Below the pieces are notes generated by a model. That model saw nothing but the letters and a program-made list of their open reading frames with translations, was not told the origin of the DNA and ran no database searches. A program made the position numbers and the translations under genes. Positions 30,504 to 39,312 of a stretch of 64,000 bases of DNA are shown piece after piece (position 1 is the stretch's first letter; every line of letters starts with the position of its first letter). Source of the DNA: Candidatus Caenarcanales bacterium (GTDB lineage: Bacteria; Cyanobacteriota; Vampirovibrionia; LMEP-6097); contig JABSOS010000005.1 of assembly GCA_013216135.1 (NCBI GenBank), positions 140,682-204,681 of the forward strand, in the 5' to 3' direction.

Positions 30504-30681
30504 TCTTCTTTTAGAATTCAGAGAATGGATTTTAGCTACATTTAATAAAGAAGGTATCGCTATCTTCTGTTTACTTTGTATTAGTTTCTTCGGTATCGCG
30601 AGCATACTTGCATACTGGGGCTTTAGAACTGGGCAGTTCAAAGATATTGAAGCTGCTAAGTTGGAGATGATGGACTGCTAG
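30466..30681 (+). CDS. Small single-TM protein (CcoQ-like candidate; start uncertain)
   Basis: ORF overlaps the end of ccoO and has one hydrophobic helix (IAIFCLLCISFFGIASILAYWGF). Sits where ccoQ normally sits. Confidence 0.25.
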   Translation: MVNHLREDTVDTNLLLEFREWILATFNKEGIAIFCLLCISFFGIASILAYWGFRTGQFKDIEAAKLEMMDC

Positions 30682-30693
30682 GAGATTTTAATT

Positions 30694-30888
30694 ATGACAG
30701 ATAATAATCAATTTGATGAAATGTCGCCAATATCAACAGGTTTACCACCTGGAGTAAAGCCTCATGGAGCGCAACCTACGAATGAATATAAAGTTGGACA
30801 TAACAAACCACCTTTATTTTTAATCGTTATGTATATATTAGTAATAATCTGGTGTGCGATTAGTTGGATACCTTTTTATGGATATTAA
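30694..30888 (+). CDS. Small single-TM protein (CcoQ-like candidate)
   Basis: 64 aa with a C-terminal TM (LFLIVMYILVIIWCAISWIPFYGY). Lies between ccoO and the ccoP-like gene. Confidence 0.35.
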   Translation: MTDNNQFDEMSPISTGLPPGVKPHGAQPTNEYKVGHNKPPLFLIVMYILVIIWCAISWIPFYGY

Positions 30889-30907
30889 TACGGAGAAATT
30901 TAAATCA

Positions 30908-31693
30908 ATGAAGCAAATCATAAAGCTTATAATTCTAATCTCATTTTTCACAGTTTCTTTAAGCGCTGTTAAAGCTGCTGAATCTTATGAAAAAGAAGTA
31001 TTAGGTAGTAGTTTAGTAATGCCTTGGGAGCCTAAGCTTGCACTAAACGAATTCCCATCTCATGATCCATCTATTGAAAACGGTAAGTGGGTATATAAAC
31101 AGAATTGTGCGCAGTGTCATGGGGACCATCCTAAAGATGGGTTCTTATCTAAAAAAATGATGAGAGCAAGATCACCTGAAGAGCAATATGAAGTTATTAA
31201 AAATGGTAATGCTAAGGGTATGCCTGGCTTTAAAGACAAACTTAGTCGTGATGAAATGTGGGATGCTCTAATGTACACTAGAGCTGAGATTCTTGGCTAT
31301 TATAAATTAAATTCTGATGAGCTTGCAAAGATGAGTTCTATCTTCGGCGGTAACTGTGCAGTATGTCACGGTACTAGAGGACATGGTGATGGTAACTTAC
31401 ATAAAGCATTAAAACCAATGCCTGCTAACTTCAATATGTTTGAAAGACTTTATACTAGAACAGATAATAAGTTACATAAAGAGTTAACTCATGGTATTCC
31501 ATGGACTGCTATGCCTGCATGGAAGAACAGAATTGACTTTGACCAAGGCTATAAGTTTGATGAAGAAATGATCTGGAAGTTAGTAAGATACGTTCGTCAA
31601 TTTGGTTTTTCTCAAGAGCTTGACAGACTTGATCTAGGAAGAAAGAATTTAGAAGAATATAAGAAGTCTTTAGAGACTGAAAATAAAGGGTAA
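30908..31693 (+). CDS. ccoP: Di-haem cytochrome c (CcoP-like)
   Basis: Signal/anchor MKQIIKLIILISFFTVSLSAVKA; two CxxCH motifs (CAQCHGDH, CAVCHGTRGHGDG). GGAGA RBS upstream of the internal Met chosen as start. Confidence 0.7.
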   Translation: MKQIIKLIILISFFTVSLSAVKAAESYEKEVLGSSLVMPWEPKLALNEFPSHDPSIENGKWVYKQNCAQCHGDHPKDGFLSKKMMRARSPEEQYEVIKNGNAKGMPGFKDKLSRDEMWDALMYTRAEILGYYKLNSDELAKMSSIFGGNCAVCHGTRGHGDGNLHKALKPMPANFNMFERLYTRTDNKLHKELTHGIPWTAMPAWKNRIDFDQGYKFDEEMIWKLVRYVRQFGFSQELDRLDLGRKNLEEYKKSLETENKG

Positions 31694-31728
31694 ATTATTT
31701 AAGGATAAATTTTTAAGGAATTTTAGAG

Positions 31729-32346
31729 ATGAGCATGAAATTTGAAAAAAGAGATTTAATAAAGGTTATACTTTCAGTTCCTATTTTAGGTACTATAGCT
31801 GCTGCGCTTTTATCTCCATTTGTTAGATATTTAAAGCCAAGTTCTGGTCCTTTAGCGACTTTAGAGATCTTTAAGACGCCAGATAAACCACAACCAGTGA
31901 AGGTTATTAAATTTGATGTTAATGACTTCCCTGAGCCATGGTCTTTCAAGTACTTCATGTTCCAAGAAACTAACCGTGAGTATACTTCTATCAGTGAACA
32001 GATTAAAACTATTCCTGGAGCGGCTGTCCGTTTACCTGCTGATGAAGCTGATGGTAGCCCTAAGTTCGTAGTTTTCAGTAGAGTTTGCCCACATTTAGGT
32101 TGTGTATTTAACTTCGTTCCTAATGAAGCTGAAGTTGCAGCGGGTTATAACTACACTCCTAACCCAGGTCAAAAAGTTTTTGCTTGTCCTTGTCACCTTT
32201 CAGTATACGATCCTATGCTTGAAGATACTAAAGGTAGAGGTAAAGTAGTTTCAGGTCCTGCACCTCGTTCTCCATTTAAGTTTAACTTTAATGTTAAGGA
32301 CGGTATGCTTGCTATTGAGAGTCTTGAGTCTGGAGGTATTTCATAA
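31729..32346 (+). CDS. petA: Rieske [2Fe-2S] iron-sulfur protein
   Basis: CPHLGC ... CPCHLSVYD Rieske boxes; N-terminal TM anchor. Confidence 0.85.
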   Translation: MSMKFEKRDLIKVILSVPILGTIAAALLSPFVRYLKPSSGPLATLEIFKTPDKPQPVKVIKFDVNDFPEPWSFKYFMFQETNREYTSISEQIKTIPGAAVRLPADEADGSPKFVVFSRVCPHLGCVFNFVPNEAEVAAGYNYTPNPGQKVFACPCHLSVYDPMLEDTKGRGKVVSGPAPRSPFKFNFNVKDGMLAIESLESGGIS

Positions 32347-32348
32347 TT

Positions 32349-33848
32349 ATGTCAGTAACTGGTATCGGTTCAAATATTGCACAATATATTCCTTCATTAG
32401 ATACTGTTAAGAAGTTCTTTCTTGATAGGTTTAAGAATATTGATTTCTTTGATGAGACTTATGTTGATAAGCAAAGAGAAAACGTTTGGTATAAATTAGG
32501 TCCACTTCAGTGGCTTACTTGGATGGTAACTGTTGCTACAGGTGCTCTTTTAGTTGGTTTTTATATTCCTACTGCAGAGCAGGCTTACGATAGTATTATC
32601 AGAATCCAAGAGCATGTTCCTTTCGGAGCGCTTATTAGAGGTATGCATAAATATGGTGCAGACGCTTTCATTATCGTAGGTACCTTAAAAATGTACAGAA
32701 TGTTCATCTGTGCTGACTACAAAGGGAACAGAGAGTTTAATTTATGGATCTGTTTCTTCTTAATGTTATTAGGTTTTTATTCAGGTTTATCAGGTTACCT
32801 TTTAATCTGGAACCAGAGAGCTTTCTGGGCGACTAAGGTATTTGCTACTTTCCCTGGTTACATGGATCAATTCGGTATTAATCTTGCTTTCTTAGGTGAG
32901 ACGGTTGTTAACCAACTAATTAAGATGGGAGTTCCTACTAGTTTACCTGCTGTTCCAGTATCTGAAGGTGGTGGAATCCTTCTTGATATGAAGCTTTTAA
33001 ATGAATATATTAACTTCAATATAGGTATGACTACGCAGCAAATCCTTTTAGGTGGTAGTGCTATCGGTCAAGCAACTATTACTAGATTCTATTCTATGCA
33101 CATGGCGCTTTCTACTATTGGTTTAATAGTAGTTGAGCTTTATTTCTACAGCAACAAGAAGAAAAGATTCAATGTACCTTGGAGTGAAGGTTTATTAGTA
33201 ATCTTAATGATTGCTGCAGCTGCAACTATATTCCCAGCTGAGATGGGAGCTAGAGCTAATCCTTCAGTAACTCCATTACCGATTTTATCTGACTGGTATT
33301 TCTTAGCACTTTACCAAATGTACAAGTACATTGAGCCAGTATTAGCGACATTCGTTACTGTTTTAATTCCTGCAACAGTTTTATCATTGCCTTTCTTTGA
33401 TACTGGTAAGGAAACTGCAATCACGAAAAGACCACTTATCATGGCTATTTCGATTATGGGATTAATTAACTTTATCGTTTTCTCAGTATTGATTATTCTT
33501 AACATTGCGAATATTAATACTGATCCTCCATACTGGATTGCTGGTAGTACAGGTATAGTAGCTATAGGTGTATATTTCTCTTGTAAGATGAGAGGATTTA
33601 ATTACTGGAAGCTTACTTCTATGTTCTTCTTGTTCCTATTCCTTTACTTATCAAGAATCCATACAGTTCCATACTTTGGATTACCTTTAGAAGGTGCTTT
33701 AGATGGTACATTCTTGGCTGATGGTTCATGGGGACGTCTATGGATTTTCTACGGTGGTTCATTCTTAGCATTAGTAGCGACTTGGTACTATGAGAAGTTC
33801 ATCGAAACTCCAATGTTGCTAGCTAAAAAAGAAGGAGCTGCTGCTTAG
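32349..33848 (+). CDS. petB: Cytochrome b (long, fused b6 + subunit-IV type; no CxxCH)
   Basis: IRGMHKYGADAFIIVGTLKMYRMF plus further His-containing helices. 499 aa, more than eight TM segments. Confidence 0.85.
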   Translation: MSVTGIGSNIAQYIPSLDTVKKFFLDRFKNIDFFDETYVDKQRENVWYKLGPLQWLTWMVTVATGALLVGFYIPTAEQAYDSIIRIQEHVPFGALIRGMHKYGADAFIIVGTLKMYRMFICADYKGNREFNLWICFFLMLLGFYSGLSGYLLIWNQRAFWATKVFATFPGYMDQFGINLAFLGETVVNQLIKMGVPTSLPAVPVSEGGGILLDMKLLNEYINFNIGMTTQQILLGGSAIGQATITRFYSMHMALSTIGLIVVELYFYSNKKKRFNVPWSEGLLVILMIAAAATIFPAEMGARANPSVTPLPILSDWYFLALYQMYKYIEPVLATFVTVLIPATVLSLPFFDTGKETAITKRPLIMAISIMGLINFIVFSVLIILNIANINTDPPYWIAGSTGIVAIGVYFSCKMRGFNYWKLTSMFFLFLFLYLSRIHTVPYFGLPLEGALDGTFLADGSWGRLWIFYGGSFLALVATWYYEKFIETPMLLAKKEGAAA

Positions 33849-34150
33849 TGAGTAAAGATATTACTAAAGCTAAACCTATATCTTTTACATACTGGTTTGT
33901 TTTTCTAGTATCTGTTATCTCTTTGTCTCAGTTCTTTAGTACAGATGAGCTTTATGCTGCTGGTGAAAACTACAAAGCTACTTTAGTTTTAATAGTAAGT
34001 TCTATAGTTTTTGCTTCTACAGTACTTTACATGACTTATAAAATTTATTCTGAAGAAAAGGACAAAGATAATTTAAGAACTACGTTTGCTCCTTACGAAA
34101 AAATATATAAGTTTTTCGAGAAGAGAAAAAAGGATTTAAATAATGGCTGA
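33848..34150 (+). CDS. Small membrane protein (100 aa)
   Basis: Two hydrophobic helices. Start overlaps the cyt b stop. Confidence 0.4.
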   Translation: MSKDITKAKPISFTYWFVFLVSVISLSQFFSTDELYAAGENYKATLVLIVSSIVFASTVLYMTYKIYSEEKDKDNLRTTFAPYEKIYKFFEKRKKDLNNG

Positions 34151-34493
34151 AAATAAAGAATCTCAGGGATTAATAAGTGTTGAGTTAGCGATTATAATCG
34201 CTCTTGTAAACCTTGCCTTCTTCGGTGGAATGTTTACATTGATGCACTATTTTGAATTATTAGGTGCTGACCCAGCTTATTTTGATGAGGGAACATTTAA
34301 TAACCTAAAAATGATTAATACTGTTTTAGGTAGTTTAGGTTTAGAAATAGATCCTGTAGCTCAGAAGAAGATTTCGACTTTAGGTTATTCTATTTGCTTA
34401 GGTTTAGCTTTAGTAAGCTCTTTCTTTGCAATAGTTATTGCTAACAGAAAACCTCTTGAGAACTACGAAATAACACAGGCTAAAAAGAAATAA
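34143..34493 (+). CDS. Small membrane protein (116 aa)
   Basis: Two hydrophobic helices. Overlaps the previous ORF by 8 nt. Confidence 0.4.
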   Translation: MAENKESQGLISVELAIIIALVNLAFFGGMFTLMHYFELLGADPAYFDEGTFNNLKMINTVLGSLGLEIDPVAQKKISTLGYSICLGLALVSSFFAIVIANRKPLENYEITQAKKK

Positions 34494-34502
34494 GGAAATT
34501 TT

Positions 34503-35633
34503 ATGTTAACTAATATCGTTCGCGGCGGACAAAAAGTAATATTAAGACTTGAAGATATACTTAACAAGATATTTTCATCAGAGCAAAACATACTTTATTA
34601 CCATGGAGCAATGCCAAATTTCTTCATGTGGATGCTCTTCTTATCGGGTTTATTGTTATTTGCATATTACACACCTACATTAGAGGCGGCTTACCAGTCA
34701 GTTGAGTATATAACGAAGAAGCTTCCTTATGGTGATGTAATCAGAGGGATTCACAGATACGCTGCTGATGCGATGTATTTAACAGTAATTCTTCACGCTA
34801 TCAGAGTTTATTTCACAGATAGATATAGAGAGTATAGAATCATTGCTTGGTATTCAGGTATCGCTTTATCTATATTCATGTTAGTGATCGGTATCTCTGG
34901 ATATATTTTAGTTTGGGATCAAAGATCTTTAACTATAGTTAACAAGTTCGCTGAGTTTTTAGCTGCTTTACCTTTCATCGGTGAAACACTTTCTCACGGC
35001 TTTATTAATGGTGATGTAATTTCTAATTACACTATGAGCATGTCGTTCTTCTTACATACTGGAACTTCATTTGCACTATTGATTCTTTTATGGGTTCACT
35101 ATATGAGAATCTCTAGACCAGTTGTAAACGTAACTTGGGCTATCGGATCTTTACTTGCTGGTATGGTTTTAGTTGTAGCTGGAGCTTTACCTGCGCTTTC
35201 AGGTGAGGAAGCTAATTTTAATGCAATGTTACCTTCTATTCCACTTGAGCAAGTTGATTGGTTCTATCTATGGTTGTTCCCACTTATTGATACTGTTGGA
35301 AACTATGGAGCATGGGCTGCTTTAATTTTAGGTTTAGTAGTTGTAACTCTATTACCTAACTTTGTTAAGTCTGAAGATAGTGAGCCAGCATCTGTAAACA
35401 AAGATTCATGTGTCGGTTGTAGACTATGTTCTATTGATTGTCCTTATGAAGCTATTTACATGGCACCGAGAAATGATGGTAGTAAGTATAAAGAGCTTGC
35501 TGTCGTTATTAATGATCGTTGTGCTGAGTGTGGCTTATGTGTAGGAGCTTGTAACTTTGATGCAATCGAACTTCCTACTTATAGATCAACTGAAGTGATG
35601 GATGATATAAGAATCGCATTGCTACAGGATTAG
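34503..35633 (+). CDS. b6-type di-haem cytochrome b fused to a 2x[4Fe-4S] ferredoxin domain
   Basis: N-terminal IRGIHRYAADAMYLTVILHAIRVYF and FLHTG...LLWVHYMR (four His in helices B and D). C-terminal CVGCRLCSIDCP ... CAECGLCVGACN dicluster motifs. Confidence 0.7.
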   Translation: MLTNIVRGGQKVILRLEDILNKIFSSEQNILYYHGAMPNFFMWMLFLSGLLLFAYYTPTLEAAYQSVEYITKKLPYGDVIRGIHRYAADAMYLTVILHAIRVYFTDRYREYRIIAWYSGIALSIFMLVIGISGYILVWDQRSLTIVNKFAEFLAALPFIGETLSHGFINGDVISNYTMSMSFFLHTGTSFALLILLWVHYMRISRPVVNVTWAIGSLLAGMVLVVAGALPALSGEEANFNAMLPSIPLEQVDWFYLWLFPLIDTVGNYGAWAALILGLVVVTLLPNFVKSEDSEPASVNKDSCVGCRLCSIDCPYEAIYMAPRNDGSKYKELAVVINDRCAECGLCVGACNFDAIELPTYRSTEVMDDIRIALLQD

Positions 35634-35662
35634 GAGTATAATTTAACTAAGGGATTTTAAAT

Positions 35663-36121
35663 ATGGCAGAAGATGTAATAAACGCTGAGGAAACAGAAGA
35701 CAAAAAACCTAAGTCTAAGGATGAGGTAAGAGTCGCTGTTATAGCTTGTGAGAGAAGTGTTAATTTAGAAGGTGAACTTAACCAAACTAAATTAAATGGT
35801 GTTGATAACTGTGATGTTATTCAAGTTCCTTGTAGCGGTATGATTCAGCCAAGAATGATTGAATCTGCTTTTAAAGCTGGTGCAGATGGTGTTATCGCTA
35901 TGGGTTGTCAGATTGGTGACTGCCATTTTAGAGAAGGTAATAAATTCTGTAGAGAAAGATTACTGGGTTTAAGACCTCCTATGATCAAGAAGACTGTTCC
36001 TAAGAATAGACTTCAAGGATACTGGATGTCTGAAGTTCAAGTCGAAGAATTTAAAGCTCGTATTGAAGAATTTAAAATACATGTAGCTGATGAGTTATTA
36101 AATGAGGCTGCTGAAGGATAA
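35663..36121 (+). CDS. MvhD/FlpD-like iron-sulfur protein (methyl-viologen-reducing hydrogenase delta-subunit family)
   Basis: VIQVPCSGMIQPRMIESAFKAGADGVIAMGCQIGDCHFREGN matches the conserved MvhD core (V.CSG...AF..GADGV...GC..GDCH..GN). Confidence 0.65.
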   Translation: MAEDVINAEETEDKKPKSKDEVRVAVIACERSVNLEGELNQTKLNGVDNCDVIQVPCSGMIQPRMIESAFKAGADGVIAMGCQIGDCHFREGNKFCRERLLGLRPPMIKKTVPKNRLQGYWMSEVQVEEFKARIEEFKIHVADELLNEAAEG

Positions 36122-36131
36122 GGAGAGATAA

Positions 36132-36248
36132 ATGGCTGCTGCAAAAAAAGATAATGTACAAGTAACTTTTGAAAACATCATTTTCTATGCTGTTTTCTTC
36201 CTTTGCTTACTTATGATTGCTAGTTTTGGTTTAATTGCTGAAGCTTAA
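36132..36248 (+). CDS. 38-aa single-TM micro-protein (MAAAKKDNVQVTFENIIFYAVFFLCLLMIASFGLIAEA)
   Basis: Strong AAGGAG SD 7 nt upstream. Below the track's size cut-off. Terminal gene of the respiratory operon. Confidence 0.4.
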   Translation: MAAAKKDNVQVTFENIIFYAVFFLCLLMIASFGLIAEA

Positions 36249-36410
36249 TCAATCACTGAATTTTTTAATAATTAAATTCATTTGCTTTAGATATATTTGA
36301 CATACTTTGTCTTGTATTTGTTAGTGCCTTTGGGTTATGTAATAATCTTTTAGCTTGTTTTGATTCCTTATGTTTTTTAGCAACCTCTGTAGGTGTCAAC
36401 TTCGAGTGAT

Positions 36411-36839
36411 CTAAGCAAATATTGCTTCCTTGTTTTTTTTCTCAACTTTTGCTCCTGGTGCGACATAGCCTATGTAGCCTCCGTTTAAATTTTTTGTTAC
36501 TAATGAACCTGGATGGCAAATTTTCACTAGCCCATAATTTCCAACTACATTTCCATAGTTATTGTTTAATACAGAACCTTCTCCCATCTCAGTTATGGTT
36601 CCATAATTATCCTCAACTTCACTATCGTATATATCTACAATTAATTCATTATTCGTTTTAACTGAAGAGTGCCCATTTACTTCATATATATTTTTGTGAT
36701 TGATATCAAGTTTGGATTGACTTAATTTTTTAATAAGTCCTTGGCTTGAATCAATATTGCTTTTATCTAGATTCTCAACATTACCTAAGTTTACTGCAAT
36801 ATTATCATTTGATATTGTATTGTAATTACCTAGAAGCAA
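36411..36839 (-). CDS. Hypothetical Asn/Gly/Tyr-rich protein (142 aa)
   Basis: ORF with NYG-type short repeats. No motif recognised. Confidence 0.4.
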   Translation of the reverse strand: MLLGNYNTISNDNIAVNLGNVENLDKSNIDSSQGLIKKLSQSKLDINHKNIYEVNGHSSVKTNNELIVDIYDSEVEDNYGTITEMGEGSVLNNNYGNVVGNYGLVKICHPGSLVTKNLNGGYIGYVAPGAKVEKKNKEAIFA

Positions 36840-37041
36840 ATCGCTAGAACCTCATTTGGGTAAATTGGCTTTAGCTTGAGGAGCTTGGGTTATTAATTTT
36901 TTAGCCTGCATACCCGCATATTATCTTGCGTTGAATCCTATTCATTCTAAATTCACAATATATTTATTTTTAACTAAAGTTTAACCTATATATTTTACAT
37001 ATATACAAAGTAGTTTAATTACTACAGGATAAGGAATTACT

Positions 37042-38154
37042 ATGACTACTCAACCAGGTAATACTCCTAATATTTCTCTTGGAAATTTAGATCTTGCTCA
37101 ATCTTTTGGGATAACTAAAAAGGATTCTTCTTACGAATTCTTAAATTATGTTAGCGAGTATTTAGGCACGCTGAATAAGCAGCATAATCCACCTCAAACA
37201 CAAGTAAATAGATATACTCATAATACCAAAGCTTATAGTAATACCGAATATGGAAGGCTCGCTGATCAAAGGATTCAGTTGTCTTTAGATAAAGTTGCTT
37301 CGAGTGTCATTGAAGATGCTTTAAAAGAAAAACTTGCTAATCCTAATTTATCTAGTGACAATGCTTTAAAAATTTATCAAGGTTTACAGAGTTCAGGTAA
37401 AATTCCAACTAATGCTTCAAAGGTTTTTGGACAAAAGTTAGATGATTATTCTAATGCAAATATTGCAGCGGTTTTAGAATCTGCAAGTGAAAAAGATATT
37501 AAAGAAGCTTACGGAGAGGATTCTGAGTTAACTAAATTAATTTTGAAAGGTAAAAGTAAATCTTCTGCAGCTAAGCGTTTTAATCATTTAGTGAGTATGG
37601 GAGATGAAATGTTTGATCAGGTTCACAAGCTAGATAAAAATTCTAATTTAGCTAAAAACTTTGTTTTTAAACCTGATGGAGCTGTTTTTATTAAAAGATC
37701 TGATGAATTAAAGATTGATGATGATATGAAGCCTTTCGTGGAAGAGAGAAAAGCTAGCTTAGAGATGTATAAAGATAATTTAAAAGATCTTGTATCTAAA
37801 TTATCTGTTGATGAATTAAATCAAGCTTATAATCGAGGTTCCCAAAGTACCCTTCCTCGTTCTAGACCAAGCACTTCTGATAGTTATTCAAGTTCTAACT
37901 CTTACCCAGCTAATATGCCTGCTATGCACTATGGTAATTCTTATGCCTCAGGTTTATATAGACAAGCTAATAATTGGGTTAAAAATGCATATCAACCTCA
38001 TAATCAACACCTAAGATTAAATTACTCCCAATATAACGATCCTTTAAGGACAAATATTGTTAGTTCAAATTCACTTTTTAATAATGACCCTTATGGACTT
38101 AATACAAATCCATTTGATCGTGATTATAACGCTGGGTGGAACCCAGCTGGCTAG
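37042..38154 (+). CDS. Hypothetical protein, paralog A (370 aa) with an S/N/Y/P/Q-rich C-terminus
   Basis: Starts MTTQPGN. Collinear similarity to the next gene (KIYQGLQSSGKIP ~ NIYSSLVNSGKIS; AAVLESASEKDIKEAYG ~ AAVIGSASDKEIEDSF). Confidence 0.55.
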   Translation: MTTQPGNTPNISLGNLDLAQSFGITKKDSSYEFLNYVSEYLGTLNKQHNPPQTQVNRYTHNTKAYSNTEYGRLADQRIQLSLDKVASSVIEDALKEKLANPNLSSDNALKIYQGLQSSGKIPTNASKVFGQKLDDYSNANIAAVLESASEKDIKEAYGEDSELTKLILKGKSKSSAAKRFNHLVSMGDEMFDQVHKLDKNSNLAKNFVFKPDGAVFIKRSDELKIDDDMKPFVEERKASLEMYKDNLKDLVSKLSVDELNQAYNRGSQSTLPRSRPSTSDSYSSSNSYPANMPAMHYGNSYASGLYRQANNWVKNAYQPHNQHLRLNYSQYNDPLRTNIVSSNSLFNNDPYGLNTNPFDRDYNAGWNPAG

Positions 38155-38230
38155 ACCTTAACCAGGTTTTAATTTTAATTTATAAAAATATCATAAGAAC
38201 TGTAAATACTGTGTGTTAATTGGAGTAAAA

Positions 38231-39292
38231 ATGACTATTCAACCAGGTGGTATTAATTTTTCTGAAATAGCTAAATCTTTGAATTTAACTGAAGGTTCTA
38301 TGGCTGACCAACTCTGGTCTGCACTTCCTGATATTTTAGGTTCGATAAATCATAAGGAAAATTCTCCAGAGACAAAGGTTAACCCTTATTCTCACCAAAC
38401 AAAAAAATATTCTGGAACTAGTTATGGTAATTTAGCTTATTTAGGTGTTCAAGAATCTAATGAGAAAGTCGCAGGTGTTCGTTTTAAAGATAAACTTTCT
38501 ACAAAGCTAGGCAAAGCTATTTCAGGTGAGCAAGCTATTAATATATATAGTTCTCTAGTTAATTCTGGAAAGATATCTAATGAATACGGTAAAAATATTA
38601 ATACTAAAATAGATGATTATTACAGAACTACTCTAGCCGCTGTGATAGGTTCAGCTTCTGATAAAGAGATAGAAGATTCTTTTTCAAACAACCCTGATTT
38701 AGCTAAAAAGCTTATTGATATTAAGTCTGGTTCAAGCTCAGAAGATATAGTTGAAAAATTTACTAATTTGGATACTGAAACTCTTAGTCAGATACATGAC
38801 TCATTAGAGAAAGGTTCACCACTTGCTAAATATTTTAATTTTAATTCAAATGGAGTCACTGTGCTCTCTAGTGCAGAGCAATTAAAGTCTAAAGGCTTAT
38901 TAAAAGAAGATAATGAATTTACTAAGCATATAGATAATGCAAAAAATGATTTTAATCAATACATGGAATCTGTTTGGCAGAAGATAGATGAAATTCCTAA
39001 TGCTGAACTTGAAACAATTCTCAATTCATCAAGTTCTTCATCTTCACATCCTAATTCTGCTCGAACTGACTCTTTTGTTCCTTCACAGCATGCAAACAAT
39101 CCTTATGCTCAAAGACTTTACTCACAGGCTTATAGAGAAATTGATGCTGTGTCTAATTTAGATTCAAGACAAAGAAGTCTGTATTTAAATGGTCTTTCTG
39201 GAAACCCTTTAGTTAATTCTGGAGATTTGTTTGCTAGTAATCTATACCAGGATATTTCTGGAACTAATCTCGATTATTTATGGGGCGGTTAA
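38231..39292 (+). CDS. Hypothetical protein, paralog B (about 353 aa)
   Basis: Start placed at MTIQPGG, with a GGAG RBS and matching paralog A's MTTQPG. Same architecture. Confidence 0.55.
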   Translation: MTIQPGGINFSEIAKSLNLTEGSMADQLWSALPDILGSINHKENSPETKVNPYSHQTKKYSGTSYGNLAYLGVQESNEKVAGVRFKDKLSTKLGKAISGEQAINIYSSLVNSGKISNEYGKNINTKIDDYYRTTLAAVIGSASDKEIEDSFSNNPDLAKKLIDIKSGSSSEDIVEKFTNLDTETLSQIHDSLEKGSPLAKYFNFNSNGVTVLSSAEQLKSKGLLKEDNEFTKHIDNAKNDFNQYMESVWQKIDEIPNAELETILNSSSSSSSHPNSARTDSFVPSQHANNPYAQRLYSQAYREIDAVSNLDSRQRSLYLNGLSGNPLVNSGDLFASNLYQDISGTNLDYLWGG

Positions 39293-39312
39293 TTCCTGCT
39301 AAAATCATATAG

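Noticed and set aside
36413-36440. Terminator-like hairpin (AAGCAA-ata-TTGCTT + T8) after the respiratory operon
   Set aside because: It is a 6-bp AT-rich stem, and the T-run is the lysine codons of the convergent gene's C-terminus. The evidence is too weak to call.
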